A DNA stretch of 38,350 bases, taken from contig CALEEU010000088.1 of assembly GCA_937875975.1 (NCBI GenBank), forward strand, positions 1-38,350, given 5' to 3'. The notes beneath the pieces are model-generated. The model made no database searches. It was given only the letters and a program-made list of their open reading frames with translations, and had not been told where the DNA came from. The position numbers and the translations under genes are program-made. This document shows, in pieces, positions 17,990 to 25,630 of this stretch (positions are counted from its first letter, which is position 1; every line of letters begins with the position of its first letter). The stretch is from an uncultured Opitutia bacterium (GTDB taxonomy: Bacteria; Verrucomicrobiota; Verrucomicrobiia; Opitutales; UBA953).

Positions 17990-18718
17990 TCAGCGGCGGC
18001 CGAGCGCCGGCAGCACGAGGTCCGTCTCGATGTCGAGCCGGATCACGAGCAGCTTCGTCTGACGCGTGATGCGGTCGGTCCCTGGCCGTGCGGCGAAGCC
18101 GAGGGATTCAAAGTCACCTTGCTTTTCCGTCAGGCGGGCGAGCGCGGCTTCGGCCTCGTCGCCGGTCCGATAGGCGAAGGCGATCGTCGCGACAAGGAAG
18201 GCGCCGCCGTCGCTTTCGCCGACCGCGATGGTCGCTGATTCGGCCTGGGCGCCGGCCTCGATCAACGCGCGCCCGAGCCAGCGGCGGCGGGCGGCGGTCT
18301 CGAGCAAGGCCTGCGCGGGCGCGGCGTGGACGAGCAGGTAGCCATGCGGGACGCCGCTGAGCTGCACGCGCGCGAGACCAGGGATGACCTTGCCGCCGTC
18401 GGTGATCTCAGGCGGGTTCTCGCTGAGTTCCGCGGCTTGTCCCGGGATGAAGCCCACGGTCGCCCGCTCGGCTTTGTCCAAGGTAGCTCGGGCGAGCCCG
18501 GCGCGTAAGGCCTCGCGCTGTTCCAGCGGGGCCAGTTCGGCGAGCGCCCGAAGAACGGCGGCGGAAGTCCGGAGTCCTTGGGCTTCGCGGGGCAGGATCA
18601 GCGCGACCTCGCGGCTGCGCGGGTCGATGCGCAGGCGCAGGTCGCCAGGATGCGTCCAGAGCCACGCTACGCTGCACGCCATGGCCAGGAACGCGAGCAG
18701 CAGGAGCGGGCGACGCAT
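17990..18718 (-). CDS. Hypothetical exported/membrane-anchored protein
   Basis: N-terminal hydrophobic signal/anchor MRRPLLLLAFLAMACSVAWLW. No recognisable motifs. It lies 6 nt downstream of the preceding same-strand gene. Confidence 0.45.
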   Translation of the reverse strand: MRRPLLLLAFLAMACSVAWLWTHPGDLRLRIDPRSREVALILPREAQGLRTSAAVLRALAELAPLEQREALRAGLARATLDKAERATVGFIPGQAAELSENPPEITDGGKVIPGLARVQLSGVPHGYLLVHAAPAQALLETAARRRWLGRALIEAGAQAESATIAVGESDGGAFLVATIAFAYRTGDEAEAALARLTEKQGDFESLGFAARPGTDRITRQTKLLVIRLDIETDLVLPALGRR

Positions 18719-18724
18719 GCGCGC

Positions 18725-19726
18725 TTACTTGGCGCCCGGAGCGGCCGCGCTCTTCCGGGCTTTCTCGACCACCCGTCCGATCGCCTGCGCGAGCTTGTCC
18801 GCCGGGTAATCAAGGCCGAGGGTCGCCTGCTTGCCCTCGCCGCCGATGCGGATCTTCTGCACGAGTTCGACGAGCGTCCCCATTTCTTCCTTCTCCTCGG
18901 GCGATTTCCCGTCGTCGTTCGAGAGTCCCATCATCGAGAGCGCTTGGAAGCCTTGGAGCTGCTTGCGCATCGTCGAAGCCTTCTCGACGCTCACGAAGTT
19001 GGCGGCGACCGCGAGCTGCAGGTCGGTGGCGTTTTCGCCGAGCACCAGCGAAAGGTCTTCCACGCCGGCTTCTTGCTTCGTGTTAGGCATCTTCGCGGCA
19101 TCGGCGTAGAGAAAGAGCCAGCCCTGCGGGGCGGCGGCGAACTTCGCGGATACCACGGTGGGCAGTTGCGCGGCCTTCTCGCCGCGATCGGCCGCGGCGA
19201 CGGCGCGTTCGAGGAACTCCGCGCTGACGACGACGAGCAGGCTTTCCGAATGGGCGACGACGTAGGCGTCCTTGGCGTCATCCTTCGGCTTCTCCCCGGA
19301 AAGTTTCTCGATGAAGGCGCCGGCTTCCCAAGCCTGATGCTGGCCGACGGTCTTCGACGGGAGGGAGTTGCTCTGGCCGAACGCGTTGATGCGTGCCGGC
19401 ACGAACTTGCCCCGGATGAGCACGACGCCGGAGGCGCTCTTCTCGGCGACCTTGCCGTCGGGGCCCGGGTAAATCGCAACGACGAGCTCATGCAGGTCGT
19501 TTTCAGAATCCACCCCGAGCTGTTCGCGCAGCCTGCGGGAAGCCTCGAGGTCCTTCGCCTTCAGGTCGGCGAGCTTCTCGAGGGCCTGTCCGACCTTGGT
19601 CCTGCGGAAGGTCTTGAGGTCGAAGCCGACAATGGCGACGGAACCGGCGGGCAGGCCTTCGGTGTTCAACGCGGCCTGGGCCGAGTTGAAGAAGAGGGCC
19701 AGGATCAGGGCAAGCAGGGGTCGCAT
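18725..19726 (-). CDS. Hypothetical secreted protein
   Basis: Clear signal peptide MRPLLALILALFFNSAQA-AL. Composition is balanced, unlike the shadow ORFs. No recognisable catalytic motif. Confidence 0.55.
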   Translation of the reverse strand: MRPLLALILALFFNSAQAALNTEGLPAGSVAIVGFDLKTFRRTKVGQALEKLADLKAKDLEASRRLREQLGVDSENDLHELVVAIYPGPDGKVAEKSASGVVLIRGKFVPARINAFGQSNSLPSKTVGQHQAWEAGAFIEKLSGEKPKDDAKDAYVVAHSESLLVVVSAEFLERAVAAADRGEKAAQLPTVVSAKFAAAPQGWLFLYADAAKMPNTKQEAGVEDLSLVLGENATDLQLAVAANFVSVEKASTMRKQLQGFQALSMMGLSNDDGKSPEEKEEMGTLVELVQKIRIGGEGKQATLGLDYPADKLAQAIGRVVEKARKSAAAPGAK

Positions 19727-19816
19727 GACGGTCGGGCATTAAGCCCGCCGGGCTGGAGGGGACAAGCGGATACCCCGTTTTCCTAGGATAAAACAGGGAT
19801 TTCATCCCATTGGGGC

Positions 19817-19843
19817 ACAAAAAAGGGCGCCGAAAGGCGCCCT
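19817..19843 (-). terminator. Rho-independent terminator of the RRM-protein gene
   Basis: On the minus strand, GGGCGCC-TTTC-GGCGCCC is followed by TTTTTTGT. It starts about 24 nt after the stop codon. Confidence 0.8.
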
Positions 19844-19866
19844 TGAGGAGGGTGATAATCCGAGGA

Positions 19867-20325
19867 TTAGTAGCCGCCGCGATCGCCGCCGCCGAAGCCG
19901 CCGGAGCGACGTTCGCCGCCGCCGAAGCCGCCGCGAGAGCCGCCGCCGCCGAAGCCGCCACGAGAGCCGCCGCCGCCGAAGCCACCACGATCTCCACCGC
20001 CGAAGCCGCCGGAGCGGGGACGGTCGCCACCGAAGCCGCCGGAGCGGGGACGGTCACCACCGAAGGACGGGCGTTCTTCGCGAGGACGAGCGACATTGAC
20101 CTTCAGGGGACGACCCATGAAATCGATGTTTTCAGTCTTAGCGATCGCATCCTGAGCGGCCTGAGCATTGGCCATGGTCACGAAGGCGAAGCCACGAGGG
20201 CGACCCGTGAACTTGTCCATCATGACTTCCACGGAGACCACTTCGCCGCCTTGGGAGAAGTGAGCGCGGATGTCGGATTCGGTTGCGGCCCAGGGCAAGT
20301 TGCCCACGAACAGTTTGTTTTCCAT
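19867..20325 (-). CDS. RRM-type RNA-binding protein with C-terminal RGG/FGG glycine-arginine repeat tail
   Basis: RNP2 is KLFVGNL and RNP1 is RGFAFVTM. The tail is (FGGDRPRSGG)x2, FGGGDRGG, (FGGGGSRGG)x2, FGGGERRSGG, FGGGDRGGY. Start placed at ATG 20325 (MENKLF..). Confidence 0.9.
   Translation of the reverse strand: MENKLFVGNLPWAATESDIRAHFSQGGEVVSVEVMMDKFTGRPRGFAFVTMANAQAAQDAIAKTENIDFMGRPLKVNVARPREERPSFGGDRPRSGGFGGDRPRSGGFGGGDRGGFGGGGSRGGFGGGGSRGGFGGGERRSGGFGGGDRGGY
19915..20059. repeat. In-frame tandem DNA repeats encoding the Gly/Arg tail
   Basis: A 27-nt unit at 19915-19941 and 19942-19968 (1 mismatch). A 30-nt unit at 20001-20030 and 20031-20060 phase (1 mismatch, G/A at 20026/20056). 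The repeats are contiguous with no spacers. Confidence 0.85.
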
Positions 20326-20575
20326 ATTATCTTTTGTTTTGCTTGTTTTACCTACACCGCATTGCCCGTTTCCGACTTTCGGATTTCGATTTGCCGTCTT
20401 AACGACCGTCAACTCACCGGATTATTGCGGGGTTGTCTCTTACTTTGGTTATTTTCCGAGACAAACCTGACTGCTTATAAGTCAGTTTAGCGGGGCTTCG
20501 GCAAGTTTATTCACAATAGGGGGGTTCCCTCAGCCCTGCGTTGACTCCGTTAGCGGGGTGAAAGAGGCTGTTTTC
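20326..20575. promoter_or_regulatory. 250-nt AT-richer divergent intergenic region: promoter(s) plus a long leader for the RRM gene
   Basis: This is the lowest-GC stretch in the window. Inverted repeat CTGACT-N7-AGTCAG lies at 20467-20485 around CTTATAAG, which reads TATAAG on both strands. Leader hairpins are TTGTCTC/GAGACAA and TCCGA-AAG-TCGGA. AAAGAGG lies 8 nt before the + gene ATG. Confidence 0.4.
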
Positions 20576-20866
20576 ATGAGCGCAGCTTTGACTCAAAGCC
20601 AGATCGAGGAGGCCCTGAAGGGTCTGGACGGGTGGAGTGTCGAACACGCTAAGTTGTTGAAGGCCTATAGGTTAAAGGATTTCAAGGCTGCCTTGGCCTT
20701 CATTAACCAGATCGGAGCCGAGGCCGAGCGTCTCGATCACCACCCGGAAATCCATAATAGCTGGAATCGGGTGACCCTACGGCTTTGTACCCATGATGCC
20801 GGCGGGCAGATCACAGAGAAAGATTTGACCCTCGCCCGCGCCATCCAATCCATCTCCCTCCCGTGA
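20576..20866 (+). CDS. Pterin-4-alpha-carbinolamine dehydratase
   Basis: LDGWSVEHAKLLKAYRLKDFKAALAFINQIGAEAERLDHHPEIHNSWNRVTLRLCTHDAGG is the classic PCD/DCoH signature (HHPE..W..V). The ATG at 20576 is preceded by AAAGAGG. Confidence 0.9.
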   Translation: MSAALTQSQIEEALKGLDGWSVEHAKLLKAYRLKDFKAALAFINQIGAEAERLDHHPEIHNSWNRVTLRLCTHDAGGQITEKDLTLARAIQSISLP

Positions 20867-21771
20867 TCGACGACCCCGCCGAGGCCCTGGACATCCTCCT
20901 AGAGGAGCTCAAACGCCAGAAGGCCGCTGGGCTCCGTCGGGTTAGCGTCTCGGACGAAGCCGTGGCGACATTGAAGGCGCTCGCCGGTGCTCCGGTCGCC
21001 TTGCCTGTGCCCGCCGCCGCGGCCAAACCTTCCGCCAGCGCGGCGACGGCCGCCTCCGTCCGTCCGACGCCGATCCCGGTCACGCCGAAGCCTGCCGCGG
21101 TCGTGACGACCCCGGTCATCGCCGATGCGCCGATCTTTACCTTGCCCGCCGGCACCAAGGCCGAGCGCATGCAGGCCCTCCGTCAGCTCGTCGACGCCTG
21201 CGTCGAGACGAAGAAGCATCTGACCGGTTCGCATCGTCCGCTGCTCGGCCATGGTTCACTCGACGCCAAGGTCGTGTTCGTCGGCGAAGCTCCTTCGCAC
21301 GAAGAGATGGAAGCCGGCGAAGCCTTCGCAGGCGCCTCTGGCGAACTCCTTCAGAAAATCCTCGGCGCCGCGGCGATCAGCCCCGCCGACTATTATCTCG
21401 CGCCCGTCATGGTCTGGCGGCCTGAGCCCCCGACGCAGTATGGCAAGCGCCCGCCCACCGCGCGTGAGATCGCCTTCAACCTTCCGTACCTCCGCGCGCA
21501 GATCGACGTCGTGGCCCCGCGCATCGTGGTCGCGCTCGGCGCCCAGGCGTTCGAGGCGCTGCATGGCCGCACGCCGAGCATCACGCAGGCCCGCGGCCAG
21601 TGGTTCGACCTGTCCGGCGTGCCGTTGATGCCGACGTACCACCCGAACTACCTGCTGCATAATCCGAGCGCGTCCGCCAAGCGTGCCGTCTGGGAAGACT
21701 TCCTGCGGGCCATGGAGAAGCTCGGCCTCCCGATCAGCGAGAAGCAACGCGGCTTCTTCGCGACGAGCTGA
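20863..21771 (+). CDS. Uracil-DNA glycosylase superfamily protein, family-4-like, with about 120-aa Ala/Pro-rich N-terminal extension
   Basis: VVFVGEAPSHEEMEAGEAFAGASGELL (motif A-like) and PTYHPNYLLHNPS (motif B-like). The GTG start overlaps the upstream stop (GTGA). There is only one Cys in the whole protein. Confidence 0.75.
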   Translation: MIDDPAEALDILLEELKRQKAAGLRRVSVSDEAVATLKALAGAPVALPVPAAAAKPSASAATAASVRPTPIPVTPKPAAVVTTPVIADAPIFTLPAGTKAERMQALRQLVDACVETKKHLTGSHRPLLGHGSLDAKVVFVGEAPSHEEMEAGEAFAGASGELLQKILGAAAISPADYYLAPVMVWRPEPPTQYGKRPPTAREIAFNLPYLRAQIDVVAPRIVVALGAQAFEALHGRTPSITQARGQWFDLSGVPLMPTYHPNYLLHNPSASAKRAVWEDFLRAMEKLGLPISEKQRGFFATS

Positions 21772-21774
21772 GCC

Positions 21775-23100
21775 TCAGCGGACCGAATCGCTGAGGCGGC
21801 TGAGCGAGAACGAGAGCACCTGCGAATTACGGCCGCTTGCCTTGAGCGCCTTGCGACGCTCGGCCGGCAGGTCCGTCAGCGCGCCCGGCACGAAGTTACA
21901 GGCGGACTGGAAGAAGCCCTGCGTCTGCGTGGTGAGCGCGATGAGTTTCTTGGCGCCGAGCTGCTTGGCGCGACGTTTGGCGAATTCGACCAGTTTGCTG
22001 CCGACGCCGCGTCCGTGGTAGAACGGCTGCACGTAGACCGCGCCGAGCTCCATCGATTTGCCGCCGGGAAAGGGACGCAAGGTGGCGCAGCCGATGATGC
22101 TGTCATCGATTTCGTAGACGTAGAAATCTGCGAAAGATTGCTCGATCTGCTGGCGCGTACGGGCGACGAGGGCGTCGGTCTTCGCGCCGTGCTTGGCGAG
22201 GTTGTAGAGGGCCTGGGCGTCCTTCTTCTTGGCCTGGCGGATACGGTCGTAGTCGTTGGCGTGCACCATCGTGCCGAGGCCGACCTTGTCGAAGATCTCG
22301 GTGAGGAGGCAGCCGAAGACGCGGCCGTCGAGGATGTGGGCGCGCGGGACGTCGTTGTCGAGGGCCTTGGCGGCTTGGACGGCCTTGCTGCGGATACGTG
22401 GGTCGAGCTTCGCGGTCTTGTCCGCAAGGAGGCGCTTGAGGTCGTCCTCCGGCAGGTTGAGCTGCACGACGCCGTTGACCTGCAGGCCGCTGAACGGGGT
22501 GAGGTAGATGAGCTTCGAGGCGCCGAGGGCGGTCGCGAGTTCCATCGCGAGGTGGTCGCTGTTCACGCGCAGTGACTGGCCTTCGCGGTCGCACACGATG
22601 GGCGTGACGAGCGGCAGGATATCCTGCGAGAGCATCGACTTGAGGATGGCGGCGTCGACCTTCTCGACCTTGCCGGCGTAAAGATGGTCCACGCCCTTGA
22701 GGCGTCCGATCTTGGTGGAACGTACCGCGTTGGTGATCGCGCAGCGGAGGCCGGCCTGGGAAAGGTTCTCGAGCACAGACTGGGAGACGAGCGCCGAAGC
22801 TTCACGGGCGAGCGACATCGTGGTGGCGTCGATGGGGCCTTCGCCTTGGACGTCGGAGAGGACGATGTTATGTTCACCGGCGAGGCCGACGAGTTGCTGG
22901 CCGATGCCGTGCACGAGGACGACCTTGATGGACAGGCTGCGGAGGACCGCGATGTCGGTGACGATGTTCGCGAAATTCTCGTGCGACACGATCGACCCGT
23001 CGACCGCGATGACGAACACGTGGTCGCGGAACATCGGGACATACCGGAGGATTCCCCGGAGGTCGGTCGGCTTCATGGCGCGCTCACGCTGGCTGGACAT
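21775..23100 (-). CDS. argA: Amino-acid N-acetyltransferase (N-acetylglutamate synthase; amino-acid-kinase fold + GNAT)
   Basis: AAK domain VFVIAVDGSIV..VVLVHGIGQQ. C-terminal GNAT has FYVYEIDDSIIGCATL and the acetyl-CoA loop HGRGVGSKLVE. First ATG is at 23100; alternatives are TTG 23106 and ATG 23076. Confidence 0.85.
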   Translation of the reverse strand: MSSQRERAMKPTDLRGILRYVPMFRDHVFVIAVDGSIVSHENFANIVTDIAVLRSLSIKVVLVHGIGQQLVGLAGEHNIVLSDVQGEGPIDATTMSLAREASALVSQSVLENLSQAGLRCAITNAVRSTKIGRLKGVDHLYAGKVEKVDAAILKSMLSQDILPLVTPIVCDREGQSLRVNSDHLAMELATALGASKLIYLTPFSGLQVNGVVQLNLPEDDLKRLLADKTAKLDPRIRSKAVQAAKALDNDVPRAHILDGRVFGCLLTEIFDKVGLGTMVHANDYDRIRQAKKKDAQALYNLAKHGAKTDALVARTRQQIEQSFADFYVYEIDDSIIGCATLRPFPGGKSMELGAVYVQPFYHGRGVGSKLVEFAKRRAKQLGAKKLIALTTQTQGFFQSACNFVPGALTDLPAERRKALKASGRNSQVLSFSLSRLSDSVR

Positions 23101-23148
23101 GCTCAATCCTTATGGACTCCTCGACGGGCGGGGCAATACTGATGACGC

Positions 23149-24096
23149 ATGCCGAAGCCGCCCCGAGTCCGCCGAGAGACGGTGCCTCCTGACCTCCGGG
23201 AGTCGGTGGACGCCTTCCTGGCCCACCTCTCGCTTGAGCGTGGCGCCGCCAAACTGACGACGGAGGCCTACGAGTCCGACCTGCTCCGCTTCGCCGCCCA
23301 CTGCGGCCGGGCCGGCCGGACGAACTGGACGGAGGTCTCGCTCGCCGACGTGGATTCCTGGACGCGCGCGCTCGACCGCAAGGGGCACGCCGCCGCCTCG
23401 ATGGCCCGACGGCTCTCGGCCGTCCGTTCCTTTTCGGCCCACCTGGTCCGCAGCGGCCTGCGTCGCGATGATTTCACCGAGCTCGCCCACGGCCCGAAGC
23501 TTCGCCGCAAGCTGCCCGGCATGATCAGCGCCGAGGAAGCCGCCAAGGTCGTCTCCGCGCCCGACACCCGCACGCCGCAGGGCCTACGCGATCGCGCGAT
23601 GCTCGAGATGATGTACGGTTCCGGTCTGCGTATCTCCGAACTTTGTAGCCTGGAGATCCAGGCCGTCGACGCCGACTCCGCGCTCGTGCGTGTCACCGGC
23701 AAGGGCTCCAAGGATCGCGTCGTGCCCGTCGGCGAGACCGCGTTGGTCGCCTTACAGGCCTATCTCAAGGCTGGCCGGCCCAAGCTCGTGCGTCCGAAGA
23801 CCGGCAGCGCGCTCTTCCTGAGCGCCCGCGGCGTCGCCATCTCCCGCAAGACCTTCTGGCTCGGCGTGAAACAGGCGGCCCAGCGTGCCGGGGTCTCCGT
23901 GCCCGTGAAGCCGCACCTCCTGCGCCATGCCTTCGCGACGCATCTGCTCGAAGGCGGCGCGGACCTGCGTTCGATTCAGGAGATGCTCGGCCATGCCGAC
24001 ATCGCCACGACGCAGATCTACACGTCGGTCGACCGCACGGCCCTCTCGGATGCGCACCGTCGTCACCACCCTCGCGGGCGGGGCAAGGGGCGTTAA
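23149..24096 (+). CDS. xerD: Tyrosine site-specific recombinase, XerD-like
   Basis: FLAHLSLERGAAKLTTEAYESDL, RDRAMLEMMYGSGLRISEL, GKGSKDRVVPVG, HLLRHAFATHLLEGGADLRSIQEMLGHADIATTQIYT. 315 aa. Confidence 0.85.
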   Translation: MPKPPRVRRETVPPDLRESVDAFLAHLSLERGAAKLTTEAYESDLLRFAAHCGRAGRTNWTEVSLADVDSWTRALDRKGHAAASMARRLSAVRSFSAHLVRSGLRRDDFTELAHGPKLRRKLPGMISAEEAAKVVSAPDTRTPQGLRDRAMLEMMYGSGLRISELCSLEIQAVDADSALVRVTGKGSKDRVVPVGETALVALQAYLKAGRPKLVRPKTGSALFLSARGVAISRKTFWLGVKQAAQRAGVSVPVKPHLLRHAFATHLLEGGADLRSIQEMLGHADIATTQIYTSVDRTALSDAHRRHHPRGRGKGR

Positions 24097-25619
24097 CGTC
24101 CGAACAGGACGAAGAGTCCGCCGATGATCGAAGCCGCGGTGAGCGCGCCGATCAGGAAGCGAGTACCAAACGGGATCTCGAGCGGGGCCAGTTCTTCGTC
24201 GGCGTCGGTCGGCCGGACCACCGCCTCGCGGAGGATCGAGAAATAGTAGTGGATGCTGATTGCGACGCCGAGAAGGGCGGCGCCGAGGATCCACCAAAGC
24301 TTGGCGGATACGAGCAGCATGAGTACGAGCAGCTTGGCGATGAAGCCCACGGAAGGCGGTACGCCGGCGAGGGAGCCGATGCCGAAACCGAGGGCGCTGG
24401 CGAGGAGCGGTGAACGACGGAGCAGGCCGCGGAGCGCGAGCTGCGGGCGGCGATGGTCTTCAATCGCCGGTAGCGAGACGAGCGCTTGGGCGGTGAGGAA
24501 CGTGCCGATGACGTAAGCCAGGAGGTAGATGACGATGACCTGTTCGACATCGTAGCCAAGGGCGTTGGCGCCCGGGAGGACGAGCGCGGCCGTGACGGCG
24601 GCAAGGATGAAACCGGCGTGCGAGACGCCCGAAAGCGAGAGCGTGCGCTTCACGTCAGTCGTGGCAAGGGCGCCGAGATTCCCGAAGAGGAGGGTCAGCA
24701 CGGCGGTGACGCCAAGGAGCGGAGCGAGCTTCACCGCGATCGGGGCGAAGGGTCCGGTCGCCAGCAGCACTAAGGTGAACGCGCCGGCGGCCTTGGAGGC
24801 CGTGCCGAGGAAGGCGGTCGTCGGGGTCGGGGCGCCTTGGTAGACGTCCGGAATCCAGGTGTGGAACGGGAAGGCGCCGAGCTTGAAGGCGACGCCGCCG
24901 AGAATCAGGGCGATGCCGGTGAGCGTCAGGGGCGAAACCGTATTCGCGACGGACTGGGCGGCGAGGGCCTTGCCGATCTGGGTGAAGTTGAGCGAGTCCG
25001 CGACACCGACGGAACCGAGCGCGCCGTAGACGAGTACGATGCCCATCAGGAGCAAAGCGGAACTAAGGCCGCCCGCGACGAGGTATTTCACGCCGGCTTC
25101 AAGCGAGGCTTCGCTGCGGCGCAGGTAGCCGACGAGCACGTAGAGGCCGACGGCGGCCGTCTCGAGCGAGAGGAAGAACGGGACGAAGTGGTTCGACTGC
25201 GCGAGGAGCATGAACGCCGCCGTGACGACCAAGAGCACATGGTGGTAGTCGGCGACCGCGGCGTCGCGTTCGCGTAGGAAGCCTTCGGCGAGGAAACTCG
25301 TCAGCAAGGCCGATAGCAGGAAGACCATGCGCACGCCGTCGGTGGGCAGGTTCTGACGGAGCAGGCCGGCGAACGAAGCGACGTCGGTCGGCTGAACCCA
25401 GGGCCCGTTGGTCAAAGCCATGATCGCGACGAGCACTAGGCCGACGCGAGCGGTGATCGGGATGAGCGAGCGGAGTGCCTTGGGGAGGAACATCGCTTGC
25501 AGGAGGCAGATGAGCGAGAGGCCGGCGACGGCGATCTCGGGTAGGATGGATAGCCAGTCAGCCGGGCGCGGGGCCAGGACCTTGAAGACTGGATCGATAT
25601 CGGCGAGGAAAGGAATCAT
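24093..25619 (-). CDS. nuoN: NADH-quinone oxidoreductase subunit N
   Basis: Polytopic antiporter-like subunit with HTWIPDVYQGAPTPTTAFL. It is last in the J-K-L-M-N order. 508 aa. Confidence 0.9.
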   Translation of the reverse strand: MIPFLADIDPVFKVLAPRPADWLSILPEIAVAGLSLICLLQAMFLPKALRSLIPITARVGLVLVAIMALTNGPWVQPTDVASFAGLLRQNLPTDGVRMVFLLSALLTSFLAEGFLRERDAAVADYHHVLLVVTAAFMLLAQSNHFVPFFLSLETAAVGLYVLVGYLRRSEASLEAGVKYLVAGGLSSALLLMGIVLVYGALGSVGVADSLNFTQIGKALAAQSVANTVSPLTLTGIALILGGVAFKLGAFPFHTWIPDVYQGAPTPTTAFLGTASKAAGAFTLVLLATGPFAPIAVKLAPLLGVTAVLTLLFGNLGALATTDVKRTLSLSGVSHAGFILAAVTAALVLPGANALGYDVEQVIVIYLLAYVIGTFLTAQALVSLPAIEDHRRPQLALRGLLRRSPLLASALGFGIGSLAGVPPSVGFIAKLLVLMLLVSAKLWWILGAALLGVAISIHYYFSILREAVVRPTDADEELAPLEIPFGTRFLIGALTAASIIGGLFVLFGR

Positions 25620-25630
25620 CGGACGGAAAA

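Noticed and set aside
19873-20065. Short direct repeats that could be mistaken for a CRISPR-like or satellite array
   Set aside because: The repeat units are contiguous with no spacers. They are in frame and encode the FGG/RGG tail of the RRM protein. This is coding low-complexity sequence, not a CRISPR array.
2-24096. Two tyrosine recombinase genes in the same orientation about 22 kb apart, as possible boundaries of an integrative element
   Set aside because: Both have XerC/XerD-type motifs rather than phage-integrase features. The interval holds core genes (ispE, rpmG, rpoN, tkt, hisI, argA). I saw no flanking tRNA, no direct att-like repeats and no compositional shift.
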